Source of the DNA: a virus
Taxonomy: Duplodnaviria; Heunggongvirae; Uroviricota; Caudoviricetes
Reading direction: 5' to 3' (one strand)
IMG/VR virus record: IMGVR_UViG_3300000292_000062
DNA length: 17,426 bases
Numbering within the stretch: the stretch's first letter is position 1; every line of letters begins with the position of its first letter. A program made the position numbers and the translations under genes. Shown here one piece after another: positions 16,643 through 17,426 of the stretch. The notes beneath the pieces were generated by a model. The model saw nothing but the letters and a program-made list of their open reading frames with translations. It was not told the origin of the DNA and did not search any database.

Positions 16643-16755
16643 GGATATTTATCAGGATTTATCGGCTTCAAATCCCCGGATATGTTAAATCTTACCTCAC
16701 CAGTGATGGGCACTGGCGGGAGGAGGATGTCAATCTGATAAACACAGAGGTGACT

Positions 16756-17016
16756 ATGGATTACACAAATCTACCAAAACAAACTTTTGCTGATTTAATC
16801 GCACTCAGGCAAGCAGTCGTAGCTCTAATCAACTTGTTGCCGGAGAAGGAAAAGGAATTAGTTAAAGCGCTTCTTAACAGAACTGCCGCCGATTTTTCAT
16901 CATATCCACTGACAGATGACCTTGCGGACCTTCCTGAATTAATTGCAGCGTCCGCCATTAAGCTTACTGAAGAGATTTACCCTCCTCAAAAATCTTCACA
17001 AAATTCCTGCGAGTAA
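16756..17016 (+). CDS. Hypothetical 86-aa acidic protein, unknown function
   Basis: ATG at 16756 with AGAGG 6 nt upstream; strong intrinsic terminator 20 nt after the stop. Translation MDYTNLPKQTFADLIALRQAVVALINLLPEKEKELVKALLNRTAADFSSYPLTDDLADLPELIAASAIKLTEEIYPPQKSSQNSCE has no transmembrane segment. Lies on the strand opposite the late genes, in a segment AT-richer than the phage genes. Confidence 0.45.
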   Translation: MDYTNLPKQTFADLIALRQAVVALINLLPEKEKELVKALLNRTAADFSSYPLTDDLADLPELIAASAIKLTEEIYPPQKSSQNSCE

Positions 17017-17426
17017 CTTCAATGCAATAATCGTAAAACGCCGCAAACTGCTCATCGCGGCGTTTTTTTTCATCTTCAGAAGGGATCAGCACCGACAATT
17101 TTTTATTCAGATCAGCGACGCTGCCCTCCAGTTTTTCAATGGGCGATTCAATATCATCTTTTTCTGACCGCAATGCCGTCGGTGGCGTCTTCAGAGAACC
17201 AGTAATTCTTCCCGGTAGCTTTCCTTTGTAGGTTATCCATACATTCTGCGCCTCTAAAATTACGGGGCGCTTTTCCGGCGACTGCTCATCCCCTTCACAT
17301 AACCCGGCAGCAACATCCAGGAAGACCTGTCTGATGCTCATTCTGGCTGCTGCCTCATAAAACTCCAGCGCGGCACCTTCAACACGGTCCAGCGAGATGT
17401 CCAGGTCAAAAATTTCACCGTCAAAG
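16964..17426 (-). CDS. Hypothetical protein, unknown function, 5'-partial (continues past the window end)
   Basis: The reading frame is open from the window edge for at least 154 codons (...FDGEIFDLDISLDRVEGAALEFYEAAARMSIRQVFLDVAAGLCEGDEQ...EDEKKRRDEQFAAFYDYCIEVTRRNFVKIFEEGKSLQ). The ORF track reports only the internal-Met part. Same orientation as the late operon, in the position where Q/S-proximal genes are expected. Confidence 0.5.
   Translation of the reverse strand, partial: FDGEIFDLDISLDRVEGAALEFYEAAARMSIRQVFLDVAAGLCEGDEQSPEKRPVILEAQNVWITYKGKLPGRITGSLKTPPTALRSEKDDIESPIEKLEGSVADLNKKLSVLIPSEDEKKRRDEQFAAFYDYCIEVTRRNFVKIFEEGKSLQ
17035..17070 (+). terminator. Intrinsic (rho-independent) terminator
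   Basis: AAAACGCCGC - 12-nt loop - GCGGCGTTTT, a 7-10 bp GC-rich stem followed by eight T. Lies 20 nt after the plus-strand ORF stop and inside the 3' coding part of the minus-strand ORF 16964-17426. Confidence 0.6.

Noticed and set aside
16718-16738. Strong SD-like GGGAGGAGG immediately followed by ATG TCA ATC TGA (3-codon ORF)
   Set aside because: Zero spacing between the SD and the ATG, and the ORF is only 3 codons. Probably fortuitous, or at most part of the leader of the 16756 ORF.
16761-16958. Minus-strand 65-aa ORF between the endolysin and the unknown minus-strand gene, as a possible holin
   Set aside because: No hydrophobic transmembrane segment (Ser/Ala-rich, charged). It is fully antisense to the better-supported plus-strand ORF 16756-17016 that has an RBS and terminator.

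Overview
The window is the late region of a lambda-like (lambdoid) siphovirus prophage, apparently from an enterobacterial draft assembly (four runs of N at 236-245, 908-917, 4430-4539, 15638-15721). All recognisable genes are on the minus strand in lambda order, read from high to low coordinates: unknown partial gene, endolysin R, spanins Rz/Rz1, a ~1 kb accessory region, a putative cos site, small and large terminase, W-like protein, portal, a prohead-protease/scaffold/capsid fusion, a small head protein, FII-like, Z, U, V, G/T chaperones with a frameshift site, tape measure H, M, L, then a second M-L pair across an N gap. Protein identities are assigned by comparing the supplied translations with lambda protein sequences recalled from memory; no database search was run. 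Four things deserve a second look: (i) no holin lies upstream of the endolysin, only a truncated reading frame and two unknown convergent genes; (ii) the accessory region between cos and Rz, with small ORFs and strong dyad symmetries; (iii) the M-L / M'-L' repeat bounded by gaps, which is either a real duplication or a mis-scaffold; (iv) a one-base variant of the lambda G-T slippery heptamer. No tRNA, rRNA, CRISPR array, integrase or att site was seen.
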